Source: Thermodesulfobacteriota bacterium (GTDB taxonomy: Bacteria; Desulfobacterota; Syntrophorhabdia; Syntrophorhabdales; JANXAF01). From it: DNA of 64,000 nucleotides. Location of the stretch: NCBI GenBank assembly GCA_025062045.1, contig JANXAF010000001.1, positions 141,256-205,255 on the forward strand. Reading direction: 5' to 3'. This document shows, in pieces, positions 56,801 to 64,000 of this stretch; position 1 is the stretch's first letter; the number at the start of each line of letters is the position of its first letter. Below the pieces are notes generated by a model that was not told where the DNA came from, did no database searches, and worked only from the letters and a program-made list of their open reading frames with translations. The position numbers and the translations under genes are program-made.

Positions 56801-57016
56801 AAGGCGAGAATCAAAAAGGTCGAAAAGACTGATAAAGGACTTTTTATTTACCTTACGGAAAAAACCCCGATAAACACTGAAAAATTAATAGAGTGCGCAA
56901 TGAGGGATGGATTGAAACTTATGTCAGATCGTAGAATCTTTGTCCCATTAGCGGGCAAATTTTCGGAAATTACCGAATTTGCAAGGAATGTGTTGTTGAA
57001 GGTTTTGTCTCTGTGA
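53870..57016 (+). CDS. mfd: transcription-repair coupling factor
   Basis: 1048 aa. UvrB-homology N-terminus, RNAP-interaction (CarD-like) region, and superfamily-2 helicase motifs GDAGFGKTEV, DEEHKFG and QLRGRVGR. Confidence 0.95.
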   Translation: MFDFGPGRKFTLRGVCGSFPSFLVSRSGKKTLFLYENEEEALLVKEEIEFFSGREVHFFPIKKNRIFEKDDELKRIGFFFKFYRDFTSIGLFPEEEVTQAVILPEEIGSLLFEVKVGDSVYQEDLLNFLIEGGYSQTSLVRERGEFSKRGGILDIFSPNYDEPVRIEFMGDDVISIRFFDPHSQRSKKHIDKAELLDLRYEVKKVGSILSYLDAGSLIVHNGLHEKLKIRGDLSLFKKWNETVNHCLSLDLSGLTEEYSEVIRATSNEDIKAVFNAKKNEVFKILVEMMKNEWRNVPCVYIVANSEHQAHRLREILINYGIFLPCVEKPSFDPQLREWAITYGTLRRGFRTDSIVVIAEDELLGPKRRTVKVKSQALDEFVESFKELSYGDYVVHIDYGIGIFRGTKELKIDGCVKDFLVIEYEGGDKLYVPTHDLHLVQKYIATEKAKPKIDRLGSTRWAYTKAKVRKKIEDMAQELIEIYAERRCREGFAFSEEDEIYKEMESKFQYEETEGQKRAIEEVLSDMKSPRPMDRLLCGDAGFGKTEVALRAAFKAVMDNKQVAVLVPTTVLAEQHYKTFTERLKEYPVNIEVLSRFKSQEEQKEIIERLKKGTIDIVIGTHRILQKDVEFRDLGLLIIDEEHKFGVKHKEKLRSIKKTVDVLTLSATPIPRTLYMALMGIKDLSIIDTPPLDRLAIKTYVTKFDDEIIKRGVLRELERNGQVFFVHNYIYNIDKVKDHLQKLLPEVRIAIAHGKMKESHLEKVMLDFIDRKYDLLLSTNIVESGLDITNANTIFINNAHRMGLSELYQLRGRVGRGPRQAYAYLLIPSGEILTKDAMLRLKIIEEMSHVGSGFQIANYDLEIRGCGNLLGKEQSGNVNSIGFELFVSMLEEAIKRLSKKEVAEEDIIPEISLPIEAYIPDSYVEDPSQKLLLYKRLARIKTETELQDIESEIVDRYGKMPEPVKNLLKIIEFRLFLSKARIKKVEKTDKGLFIYLTEKTPINTEKLIECAMRDGLKLMSDRRIFVPLAGKFSEITEFARNVLLKVLSL

Positions 57017-57045
57017 TATAAATTTCGGTAAAAGGAGGCTTCCGG

Positions 57046-57924
57046 ATGAAAAAGCTAATATTAACAATTGTCGTAGTATTTTTGATTCTTGGATGTGGAA
57101 AGAAGGATGATTCGAAAGTTGTTGCTGAGATAGATGGAGAGAAGATAACTTTGAACGAATTCAACAAAGAGCTCGACAAGATTCCTACGGAACTTAAGAT
57201 GCTTGTCGCAACTGAGATGGGCAAGAGGGCTTACCTTGAGAGGCTGATCATGAAGCGGCTTCTTTTGAAGGAGGCTAAAAAGGAAAAGATAGAGAAGGAT
57301 AAAGAGTTCCAGGAAAAACTGGCAGAGATAAGGGAACAGCTCCTTATAGACATGCTCGTTAAAAAAAGATTGGAGAAAGCGGAGATAAAGGAGGAGGAGA
57401 TAAGGAAATATTACGAGGAGAATAAAGAGCAGTTTAAAAAACCCCCGGAAATAAATACGAGACACATCCTTTTGAGAACAGCGGAAGAAGCAAAGCAGAT
57501 CCAGGAAAGATTGTCGAAGGGTGAAGATTTTGTTGAGCTTGCAAAGAAGTACTCGATAGACCCAGCTGCTAAGACTACGGGAGGGGAAATAGGCTATCAT
57601 CCGAAAGGAACACTTGTCCCTGAGTACGAGGAGGAAGCATTCAAGCTTAAAAAAGTCGGTCAGATAAGCGGGATCGTTAAAACGCGGTTCGGATACCATA
57701 TAATAAGACTCGAAGGAATAAAACCGCCTTCGTATGCTTCTTACGAAGAGGTAAGGGAGATAATAAGGCAAAAGCTTCTACAAGAAAAGAGAGGAAAGAT
57801 GCTGGAAGATTACTTTGCGGAGCTAAAAAATAATGCCAAAATAAAGATAAATGAGGAGGTCTTGAAAGAGGAAAGGATAGAAAAGAGAGAGGCTCCAAAG
57901 CCCGAGGAAAAGCCTAAAAAATGA
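57046..57924 (+). CDS. parvulin-type peptidyl-prolyl isomerase lipoprotein (PrsA/SurA-like)
   Basis: Lipobox VFLILGCG. SurA-N-like helical region plus PpiC domain (RHILL...FGYHIIRL). Confidence 0.85.
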   Translation: MKKLILTIVVVFLILGCGKKDDSKVVAEIDGEKITLNEFNKELDKIPTELKMLVATEMGKRAYLERLIMKRLLLKEAKKEKIEKDKEFQEKLAEIREQLLIDMLVKKRLEKAEIKEEEIRKYYEENKEQFKKPPEINTRHILLRTAEEAKQIQERLSKGEDFVELAKKYSIDPAAKTTGGEIGYHPKGTLVPEYEEEAFKLKKVGQISGIVKTRFGYHIIRLEGIKPPSYASYEEVREIIRQKLLQEKRGKMLEDYFAELKNNAKIKINEEVLKEERIEKREAPKPEEKPKK

Positions 57925-58853
57925 AACGGGTCCTTTTTTTCGTCCTTTCTGTGTTTTTTACCCTTTTTCCTTTCGCTTTTACGGCCGGTGAGATCATAGA
58001 CAGGATCGTTGCCGTAGTGAACGATGACATAATCACATTAAAAGAGGTGGAGCAGTTCGTACACGTCGAAAAAAAAGAGAGATTTAAGTCAGTTGATGAT
58101 TACGTTTTAGGTCTTAGACTTCGAGATAAGCTTGAAATCCTCATAGAAGGTACCCTCATCAAACAACAGGCAAAAAAGATGAAGATTGACGTTTCAGAAA
58201 AAGAAGTACAAGCGGTAATCGAAAACATAAAGAGGCAGAATTTGATAACAGAAGACGAATTAAAAGAACAGCTAAGGCGTGAAAACATAACCTATGAGGA
58301 CTTTATAAAAGGTATAAAATTGAGCCTCCTTAGAAATAAGGTTCTCGCTAGGGTCATAACTCCTGAAATTAACCTTTCGGAAAAGGATTTGATGGACTAT
58401 TACAAAAATCATCCGGAGGAGTTTACAGACGAGGAGATCCACATCCACCAAATCTTTATCTCTGGCCTACGGGAGGATTCGAAGGAGAGAGCAAAAAGAG
58501 TTTATGAGTCGATAAAGGAGGGAGTTCCGTTCGAGGAACTTGCGAAAACGTACTCGGACGATCCCTCAGGTAAGTACGGCGGCGACGTTGGGTTTGTAAA
58601 AAAGGGAGATCTGATGCCAGAACTCGGTGAAGCTTTGAAAGGATTGAAGGAGGGAGAGTATACGGGGATCGTCCAGTCCCGCTACGGCTTCCACATACTG
58701 AAAGTAGTGGAAAGGAAAAAAGGTGAGATAGAACCCTTCGAGAATGTAAAGGATGAAATTAGAAAAAGACTCATAATGAGGGAGTCGGAAAAAAGATACA
58801 AGGATTACATAGAGAAACTTAAAAAGAATTCCTACATAGAGGTTAAGCTTTGA
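57921..58853 (+). CDS. SurA-like periplasmic chaperone / PPIase
   Basis: Signal peptide, SurA N-terminal domain (DRIVAVVNDDIIT) and one parvulin domain (HIHQIF...YGFHILKV). Immediately upstream of pdxA, as surA-pdxA is in E. coli. Confidence 0.85.
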   Translation: MKRVLFFVLSVFFTLFPFAFTAGEIIDRIVAVVNDDIITLKEVEQFVHVEKKERFKSVDDYVLGLRLRDKLEILIEGTLIKQQAKKMKIDVSEKEVQAVIENIKRQNLITEDELKEQLRRENITYEDFIKGIKLSLLRNKVLARVITPEINLSEKDLMDYYKNHPEEFTDEEIHIHQIFISGLREDSKERAKRVYESIKEGVPFEELAKTYSDDPSGKYGGDVGFVKKGDLMPELGEALKGLKEGEYTGIVQSRYGFHILKVVERKKGEIEPFENVKDEIRKRLIMRESEKRYKDYIEKLKKNSYIEVKL

Positions 58854-59830
58854 TTAGGATACTCGTTTCGATGGGTGACCCTTCTGGGGTAGGAAGCGAA
58901 ATAATACTTAAATCGATTCCCAAGATAAAAAAGAGGAGCATCCCTGTTATTGTTGGCGACTTGGAGGTTTTAAAAGAGACAGGGAGAATACTCGGGATGG
59001 ATATTTCCAATTTGTTCTTGCCTTACATGGAGGGCAAAAAGGGAGATGTGGAACTTATAGACCTAGGTCTTCTAAAAGATGTAAGGTACGGTCTTGTTAA
59101 TAAGGATTACGGGTACGCGGCTTACCAGTACGTTTTTGAGGGGTTAAAGCGGGTTCTAAACGGGGAAGTTTATGGCATAGTTACCTGCCCCATAAACAAG
59201 AAGTCCTTCGAGCTTGCAAACATCCAATTTACCGGGCATACCGAGATGCTTGGCCGGCTGGCTGGTGTTAATGACTACGTCATGATGCTGCAGAATAGAA
59301 AAATGAGGGTCTCACTTGTTACAACCCACGTTCCTTTTAAGGAAGTACCGAACCTACTATCGGTCGAAAGGGTCTTCAAGACCATATACATAACCCACAG
59401 ATCTCTTGTAGAACTATTCAATATCGATTCGCCTAATTTAAAAGTTTGCGGATTAAACCCACACGCGGGAGAAGAAGGCCTTATAGGAGATGAGGAGCAC
59501 ATAATCGTAGAGGCCATAGAAAGAGCAAAAAACCTAAATATTATTGTTTCAGGTCCGTATCCTGCAGATTCTGTCTTTTCAAAAATTGACTGTGATGCTT
59601 ACGTATCAATGTACCACGATCAGGGACTCATTCCACTAAAGACCATTGACTTCAAAAGAACCGTGAACGTTACACTTGGTCTTCCATTCGTTAGGACATC
59701 CCCCGGTCACGGTACGGCTTTCGATATAGCCGGTAGAGGGATTGCCGATCCTACAAGCTTTATTGAAGCCTACCTTTTAGCTGAGAAGCTTACAAAAAAC
59801 CTTTTGACAAAGTCTCACGATAAGGATTAA
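58850..59830 (+). CDS. pdxA: 4-hydroxythreonine-4-phosphate dehydrogenase
   Basis: GDPSGVG, GLNPHAGE and YHDQGLIP motifs. Confidence 0.95.
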   Translation: MIRILVSMGDPSGVGSEIILKSIPKIKKRSIPVIVGDLEVLKETGRILGMDISNLFLPYMEGKKGDVELIDLGLLKDVRYGLVNKDYGYAAYQYVFEGLKRVLNGEVYGIVTCPINKKSFELANIQFTGHTEMLGRLAGVNDYVMMLQNRKMRVSLVTTHVPFKEVPNLLSVERVFKTIYITHRSLVELFNIDSPNLKVCGLNPHAGEEGLIGDEEHIIVEAIERAKNLNIIVSGPYPADSVFSKIDCDAYVSMYHDQGLIPLKTIDFKRTVNVTLGLPFVRTSPGHGTAFDIAGRGIADPTSFIEAYLLAEKLTKNLLTKSHDKD

Positions 59831-59890
59831 AATAAGAAAAACCGCTTGGATCCAGGATACTGGACTGAGACGGAGGGTTTTTTTGGAGGT

Positions 59891-59926
59891 AAAACCTTCT
59901 GGGCAATGTCCAGAAGGTTTTTTTTT
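59891..59926 (+). terminator. rho-independent terminator between pdxA and panB
   Basis: AAAACCTTCTGG-gcaatgt-CCAGAAGGTTTT, a 12-bp perfect stem followed by a T9 tract. The tract runs directly into the panB SD GGAGGGG. Confidence 0.65.
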
Positions 59927-59936
59927 GGAGGGGTCG

Positions 59937-60722
59937 ATGGAGAAAGTTACGGTACCACTTATAAAGCAGAGAAAGAATAAAGAGAAGATCACGATGCTTA
60001 CGGCTTACGATTATTGCTTTGCGCAGATTCTCGATGAGGCAGGAATAGACATTATTCTTATTGGCGATTCTCTTGGGGTTTGCGTTCTTGGTTATCCGAC
60101 TACAATTCCTGTTACGATCTCAGATATGATCCATCACGCAAAGCCTGTAGTAAGAGCGGTAAAAAGGGCTCTTGTCGTCATAGATATGCCCTTTATGTCA
60201 TATCAGGAAAGCGTAGAGATGGCAAAGAGAAACGCGGGGAGGATGATAAAAGAGAGTGGAGCAGAGGCGGTAAAGATAGAAGGTGGTGAAAAAATGAAGG
60301 ACGTCATAAAGGCCCTTGTGGACATAGACATTCCTGTCATGGGACACATAGGTCTCACGCCTCAGTCTTATTACGCCTTAGGTGGTTATAAAGTCCAAAA
60401 AGAGGAAGAAAGACTAATTAAGGACGCAAAGGCCGTCGAGGAAGCTGGTGCCTTCTCTCTCGTACTTGAATGCATACCTAGACAGATAGCAAAAAGGATC
60501 ACACAAGAGCTCACAATCCCAACAATCGGGATAGGGGCAGGACCTGAATGCGACGGCCAAGTACTTGTCACCCACGATCTTCTTGGACTCCTTGGAGAAT
60601 TCCGGCCAAAATTCGTAAAGCGGTATGTGAATTTAAAAGATATCATAAAGAAATCTGTAGAGGATTTTATAGCTGAGGTAAAAGGTGGTGTCTTTCCTGA
60701 CGATTCGCATTCCTTCCATTGA
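59937..60722 (+). CDS. panB: 3-methyl-2-oxobutanoate hydroxymethyltransferase
   Basis: ITMLTAYDY, GDSLG and VKIEGG motifs. ATG at 59937 with GGAGGGG upstream. Confidence 0.95.
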   Translation: MEKVTVPLIKQRKNKEKITMLTAYDYCFAQILDEAGIDIILIGDSLGVCVLGYPTTIPVTISDMIHHAKPVVRAVKRALVVIDMPFMSYQESVEMAKRNAGRMIKESGAEAVKIEGGEKMKDVIKALVDIDIPVMGHIGLTPQSYYALGGYKVQKEEERLIKDAKAVEEAGAFSLVLECIPRQIAKRITQELTIPTIGIGAGPECDGQVLVTHDLLGLLGEFRPKFVKRYVNLKDIIKKSVEDFIAEVKGGVFPDDSHSFH

Positions 60723-60731
60723 GAAGATAAC

Positions 60732-61583
60732 ATGCTTTTTGTGACAAAAGTTAAAGAAATGCAGTCCCTTTCCGAAAGCCTAAGAAAAACGAAAACGATA
60801 GGCTTTGTTCCCACAATGGGATTCTTACACGAGGGCCACCTCTCCCTTATCAGAACTTCAAAGAGAATGGCAGAAGTTACTGTTGTGAGTATTTTTGTAA
60901 ATCCAATCCAATTTGGACCGCAGGAAGACTTTGAAAGATATCCAAGAGATCTAGAAAGGGACAAGGGTATACTCGAAAAAGAACAAGTCGACATTCTCTT
61001 TTATCCTTCGGTTGACGAGATGTATCCCGAAGGCTACAAAACCTATGTTAGGGTTTTGGAGATGGAGGATTATCTGTGCGGCAGAACCAGAAAGGGTCAT
61101 TTTCAGGGAGTAGCCACTGTCGTGACAAAGTTATTCAACATTGTCAAACCACATTTCGCTTTTTTCGGGGAAAAAGATTATCAGCAGTTAAAGATAATCG
61201 AAAGGATGGTAAAAGACCTGAATATGGATGTGAATATAATCGGCTGCCCGGTTGTGAGAGAGAGTGATGGTCTTGCTATGAGCTCAAGGAATACTTATCT
61301 GAGCCCAGAAGAGAGACAAAAAGCCGCAAATATCTACGTTGCTTTAAGGGAAGTTCAGAGGCTTTTTTTGGACGGGGAAAAAAAAGCAGAAAAGCTTATA
61401 GAAGCAGCACATAAAATACTTTCTTCTACTTCGGGTTTGGAGATTGAGTATGTGGAAGTGGTGGATACGGAGACCTTAAGGAAGCTAAGTACTGTCGAAG
61501 ACAAAGCTTTGGTCGCTTTGGCTGTTTGGATAGGGAAAACGAGACTTATAGACAACGTAATTCTTCGGAGGGATAGAGTATGA
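60732..61583 (+). CDS. panC: pantoate-beta-alanine ligase
   Basis: [13 protein letters not shown] (HIGH-like) and FGEKDYQQ motifs. Confidence 0.95.
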   Translation: MLFVTKVKEMQSLSESLRKTKTIGFVPTMGFLHEGHLSLIRTSKRMAEVTVVSIFVNPIQFGPQEDFERYPRDLERDKGILEKEQVDILFYPSVDEMYPEGYKTYVRVLEMEDYLCGRTRKGHFQGVATVVTKLFNIVKPHFAFFGEKDYQQLKIIERMVKDLNMDVNIIGCPVVRESDGLAMSSRNTYLSPEERQKAANIYVALREVQRLFLDGEKKAEKLIEAAHKILSSTSGLEIEYVEVVDTETLRKLSTVEDKALVALAVWIGKTRLIDNVILRRDRV

Positions 61584-61933
61584 TGAGAGCTATGATGAAA
61601 TCTAAGATTCACAGAGCTACCGTAACAGAAAGTAACATAGACTACGAGGGAAGTATAACTATCGACGAGGCTCTCATGGAGGAGGCCAATCTGCTCCCGT
61701 ATGAACAGGTCGATGTCTATAACATCACAAATGGTGAACGCTTTACAACTTACGTGATAAAGGGTGAAAAAAACTCAGGAACCATTTGTATAAATGGAGC
61801 AGCTGCTCATAAGGCGAAGAAAGGTGACCTTATAATAATTGTTTCCTACGCTTACTACGACGAAAGAGAACTTAGCTCTTTCGAGCCAAAAAAGGTTTAC
61901 GTGGATGAGAAAAACAGGGTTTTACGGAAATAA
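61580..61933 (+). CDS. panD: aspartate 1-decarboxylase
   Basis: [12 protein letters not shown] and the self-processing YEGSITID site. ATGA overlap with panC. Confidence 0.9.
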   Translation: MMRAMMKSKIHRATVTESNIDYEGSITIDEALMEEANLLPYEQVDVYNITNGERFTTYVIKGEKNSGTICINGAAAHKAKKGDLIIIVSYAYYDERELSSFEPKKVYVDEKNRVLRK

Positions 61934-61938
61934 CCGTT

Positions 61939-62739
61939 TCACTTCGTAAGATTTTCTTTGAGTTTAACTCCTATGCAATCGTATGTGACGATACCTCCCT
62001 GATAGGTATTAGATGCTTTTCTTAAGATCCGCCATCCACCTGCGTGGAATACCCCCTCGTTTTCAATTTTTTCAACCAAATCTTCTGACCACTGTAGTTG
62101 CTCGAGAAGGGCTGGGTTGTGGGTGAGTATCAAAGGTTTCGTCTTTGGTACGGCAACGATGGTCATGGGCTCGATTATGAGGTTAGAAAGATCGTGAAAA
62201 ATGTAGGCTTCTTTCTGAGGACGGGCCTGAAGTCTTATCATCCTTGCCCTAGAATCAGGACCTATCGTCTCTTTTGTGGAGTCTATAAGGTCTAGAAGGT
62301 AGTTTCTCACATCGTTTAAACTACTCACATATCTTATCTTTTCAACGTCCGGATACGTTTCTATAGCCTTTGCGATCATTGAAACTTCGCGGAGATAGTG
62401 GTTTCTTTGGTTTTCCGGGACGAGGTACATGACGATCAGGTGGACAGGTTTTCCATCGGGAGCTCCATATTCGATACCCTGGGGGCTCCACCCTACCACG
62501 CATTTAAGATCTTCCTCAAATGGAACTCTCGCATGTGGACATGCCCATCCTTTGCCCAGAGCAGTATTTACAGTTTCCTCCCTCTTCATTACCAGTCCCA
62601 CAACATCAGTATCGGGGGGGATTTCTGGAAAAGCTTCTATTACGTGAGCAAGAAACTGTAATGCATCCTTCTTTTCGTTCTCTGGTAACTCAAAGAGTCT
62701 TCCTTCTTGAAGGGCATCGAGTAGCGAATCCATTCTCAT
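61939..62739 (-). CDS. PTS EIIA type-2 (PtsN-like) domain protein with ~110-aa C-terminal extension
   Basis: N-terminal ~150 aa resemble EIIA-Ntr/Fru, with His in GKGWACPHAR. Its ATG overlaps the mgtA stop (ATGA). Confidence 0.65.
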   Translation of the reverse strand: MRMDSLLDALQEGRLFELPENEKKDALQFLAHVIEAFPEIPPDTDVVGLVMKREETVNTALGKGWACPHARVPFEEDLKCVVGWSPQGIEYGAPDGKPVHLIVMYLVPENQRNHYLREVSMIAKAIETYPDVEKIRYVSSLNDVRNYLLDLIDSTKETIGPDSRARMIRLQARPQKEAYIFHDLSNLIIEPMTIVAVPKTKPLILTHNPALLEQLQWSEDLVEKIENEGVFHAGGWRILRKASNTYQGGIVTYDCIGVKLKENLTK

Positions 62740-64000
62740 TCACCTCCATATCTTTTGAAAAACCAAACTTTTACTCTGTGGGTGAGAAGACAATATGAGG
62801 CAAGAAATAGAATTATCCATAGCCAGTATGTCGGAGGAAGAGGAACAAATCCTAAACTTTCCGCAAAAGGGGAATAGGGAAGGTATACTCCTATTGCCAT
62901 TATCGTTAGAGTTGCAACAAAAAGCGGGATGGATGGAAAACTTTCGATTATTGGCACTTTCTTCGTTCTTATAACGTGTATTATCAGGGTTTGAGTGAGA
63001 AGCGACTCCACAAACCATCCCGTCTGGAATAGTCTCTCACTAGCAAGTTTTACTTCTTCAGCTACTCCTGGCAAAGTGTACATTCCACATCCAAAAACGA
63101 ACCATAATAGTGCAAAGGTCAAGTAATCGAAAATTGAACTTATAGGCCCGATAAACATCATAAATTTTCTTATCCCTTCGATATTCCACTTGAGAGGCTT
63201 TTCAACCACTTCCTTATCCACATTGTCAGTAGGGATTGCAGTTTGCGAAAGGTCATAGAGGAGGTTGTTTGTGAGAACCTGAATTGGTTGCATCGGTAAA
63301 AACGGAAGAAGGTAACTCGATCCAACAACACTGAACATGTTTCCAAAATTTGAACTCGATCCCATCCTTATGTACTTCACTATGTTTGCAAAAACCTTTC
63401 TCCCCTCGACTATTCCTTCTTCTAGTACTCCCAGACTCTTCTCCAAAAGGACTATATCCGCGCTTTCCTTAGCTACATCCACCGCCGTATCTACAGAGAT
63501 ACCGACATCTGCTGCCTTCATGGCCGGTGCGTCATTTATGCCGTCCCCCAAGAATCCCACAACGTGGCCGTTGGCTCTAAGTTGACGAACAATCTGTTCC
63601 TTCTGCACAGGTGAAAGTTTAACGAATATGTCATATTCCTCAACTGCTTTTGCGAAAGCCTCCGCATCCAAAGATGAAAGCTCACCCCCTGTGATGAGTT
63701 TTTCAGCTTTGAGGCCCACGTCTTCGCACACCTTTTTTGTGACAAGCCCGTTGTCACCTGTAAGAACCTTTATCCTCACACCCCTTTCCTTTAGGAGTCT
63801 TATGGCCTGAATCGCCGAGTCTTTTGGGGGATCGTAAAAAGCTATGTATCCGAGGAGAATTAAGTTACTCTCATCCTCAACTGTGAAGGTCTTTTTCTCT
63901 CTGGGAAATTCCCTATATGCTATTCCCAGGACCCTAAATCCGTCCCTATTTAGCGCTTCCACATCTTCAAAAAGATCGGCTCTTATAAGATCTATGAGTG
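62736..64000 (-). CDS. mgtA: magnesium-translocating P-type ATPase, C-terminal part (truncated by window edge)
   Basis: LTGDN, GDGINDAPAMK and MgtA-type TM region LLPFLPMQPIQVLTNNLLYDLSQ. The reading frame stays open to the window end. Confidence 0.9.
   Translation of the reverse strand, partial: LIDLIRADLFEDVEALNRDGFRVLGIAYREFPREKKTFTVEDESNLILLGYIAFYDPPKDSAIQAIRLLKERGVRIKVLTGDNGLVTKKVCEDVGLKAEKLITGGELSSLDAEAFAKAVEEYDIFVKLSPVQKEQIVRQLRANGHVVGFLGDGINDAPAMKAADVGISVDTAVDVAKESADIVLLEKSLGVLEEGIVEGRKVFANIVKYIRMGSSSNFGNMFSVVGSSYLLPFLPMQPIQVLTNNLLYDLSQTAIPTDNVDKEVVEKPLKWNIEGIRKFMMFIGPISSIFDYLTFALLWFVFGCGMYTLPGVAEEVKLASERLFQTGWFVESLLTQTLIIHVIRTKKVPIIESFPSIPLFVATLTIMAIGVYLPYSPFAESLGFVPLPPTYWLWIILFLASYCLLTHRVKVWFFKRYGGE

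Noticed and set aside
57061-57771. 236-aa ORF antisense to the PrsA/SurA-like PPIase gene.
   Set aside because: - The K/E-rich sense gene produces an L/F-rich stop-free antisense frame.
- It has no RBS and no domain features.
59883-59936. TTG-initiated extension of panB (MEVKPSGQCPEGFFLEGS...).
   Set aside because: - It would be translated through the terminator hairpin.
- The ATG at 59937 has a strong SD and gives the canonical PanB N-terminus.
60386-60994. 202-aa ORF antisense to panB/panC.
   Set aside because: - It spans the junction of two well-supported sense genes.
- Its composition is typical of a shadow ORF.
1-64000. Looked for CRISPR arrays, transposases, integrases, phage genes, toxin-antitoxin pairs and known defence-system architectures.
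   Set aside because: - No direct-repeat/spacer pattern was seen, and no ORF carries DDE/tyrosine-recombinase, nuclease-helicase or other defence-like motifs.
- Nearly every large ORF has a confident housekeeping or metabolic assignment.

Overview
This is a chromosomal, mostly housekeeping window from what looks like a thermophilic, anaerobic, diderm bacterium. That reading is inferred from K/E/I-rich proteins, GGAGG Shine-Dalgarno sites, many ATGA 4-nt gene overlaps, the anaerobic cbi pathway, hcp, rex, and surA/lptM-like envelope genes. I call about 60 CDS and one tRNA-Thr. I see no rRNA, CRISPR array, transposase, integrase, phage or recognisable defence genes.

Gene blocks, left to right:
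- aminotransferase, bioD and rex
- a long minus-strand maf-yggS-argH-lipoprotein-lysA-dapF-dapA-dapB operon
- cutA, an aryl-CoA ligase and an MFS transporter
- a 31-aa bTHX ribosomal protein gene missing from the ORF track
- adenine deaminase
- an MBL hydrolase / molybdopterin oxidoreductase / PNPOx-like operon
- clpB
- a corrinoid-dependent methyltransfer cluster with its reductive activator
- glmM with a GlmU-C-terminal-like beta-helix protein
- mnmA, a histidine kinase with c-heme motifs, an NtrC-type regulator and archaemetzincin
- a five-gene NrfC/NrfD plus GcvH-like operon
- copZ-copA, hcp and a Crp/Fnr regulator
- the cbiM and cbiC::cbiX through cbiH cobalamin operon
- tRNA-Thr, mfd, two SurA-like PPIases, pdxA, panBCD, and a PtsN-like EIIA coupled to a truncated mgtA

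The best candidate for an undescribed system is the minus-strand operon at 37171..41022. It encodes a small TM protein, a Tat-exported 4x[4Fe-4S] protein, an NrfD-type membrane subunit and two GcvH-fold proteins, with no catalytic subunit. A textbook sigma-54 promoter and tandem palindromic enhancer-like sites sit upstream. The adjacent kinase/sigma-54 activator pair is probably the regulator. Four of the five proteins share a [LV]G[FYP][TL][LM][AQ][DN]GG peptide.

All calls rest on by-eye motif recognition and hand translation. No database search was run.
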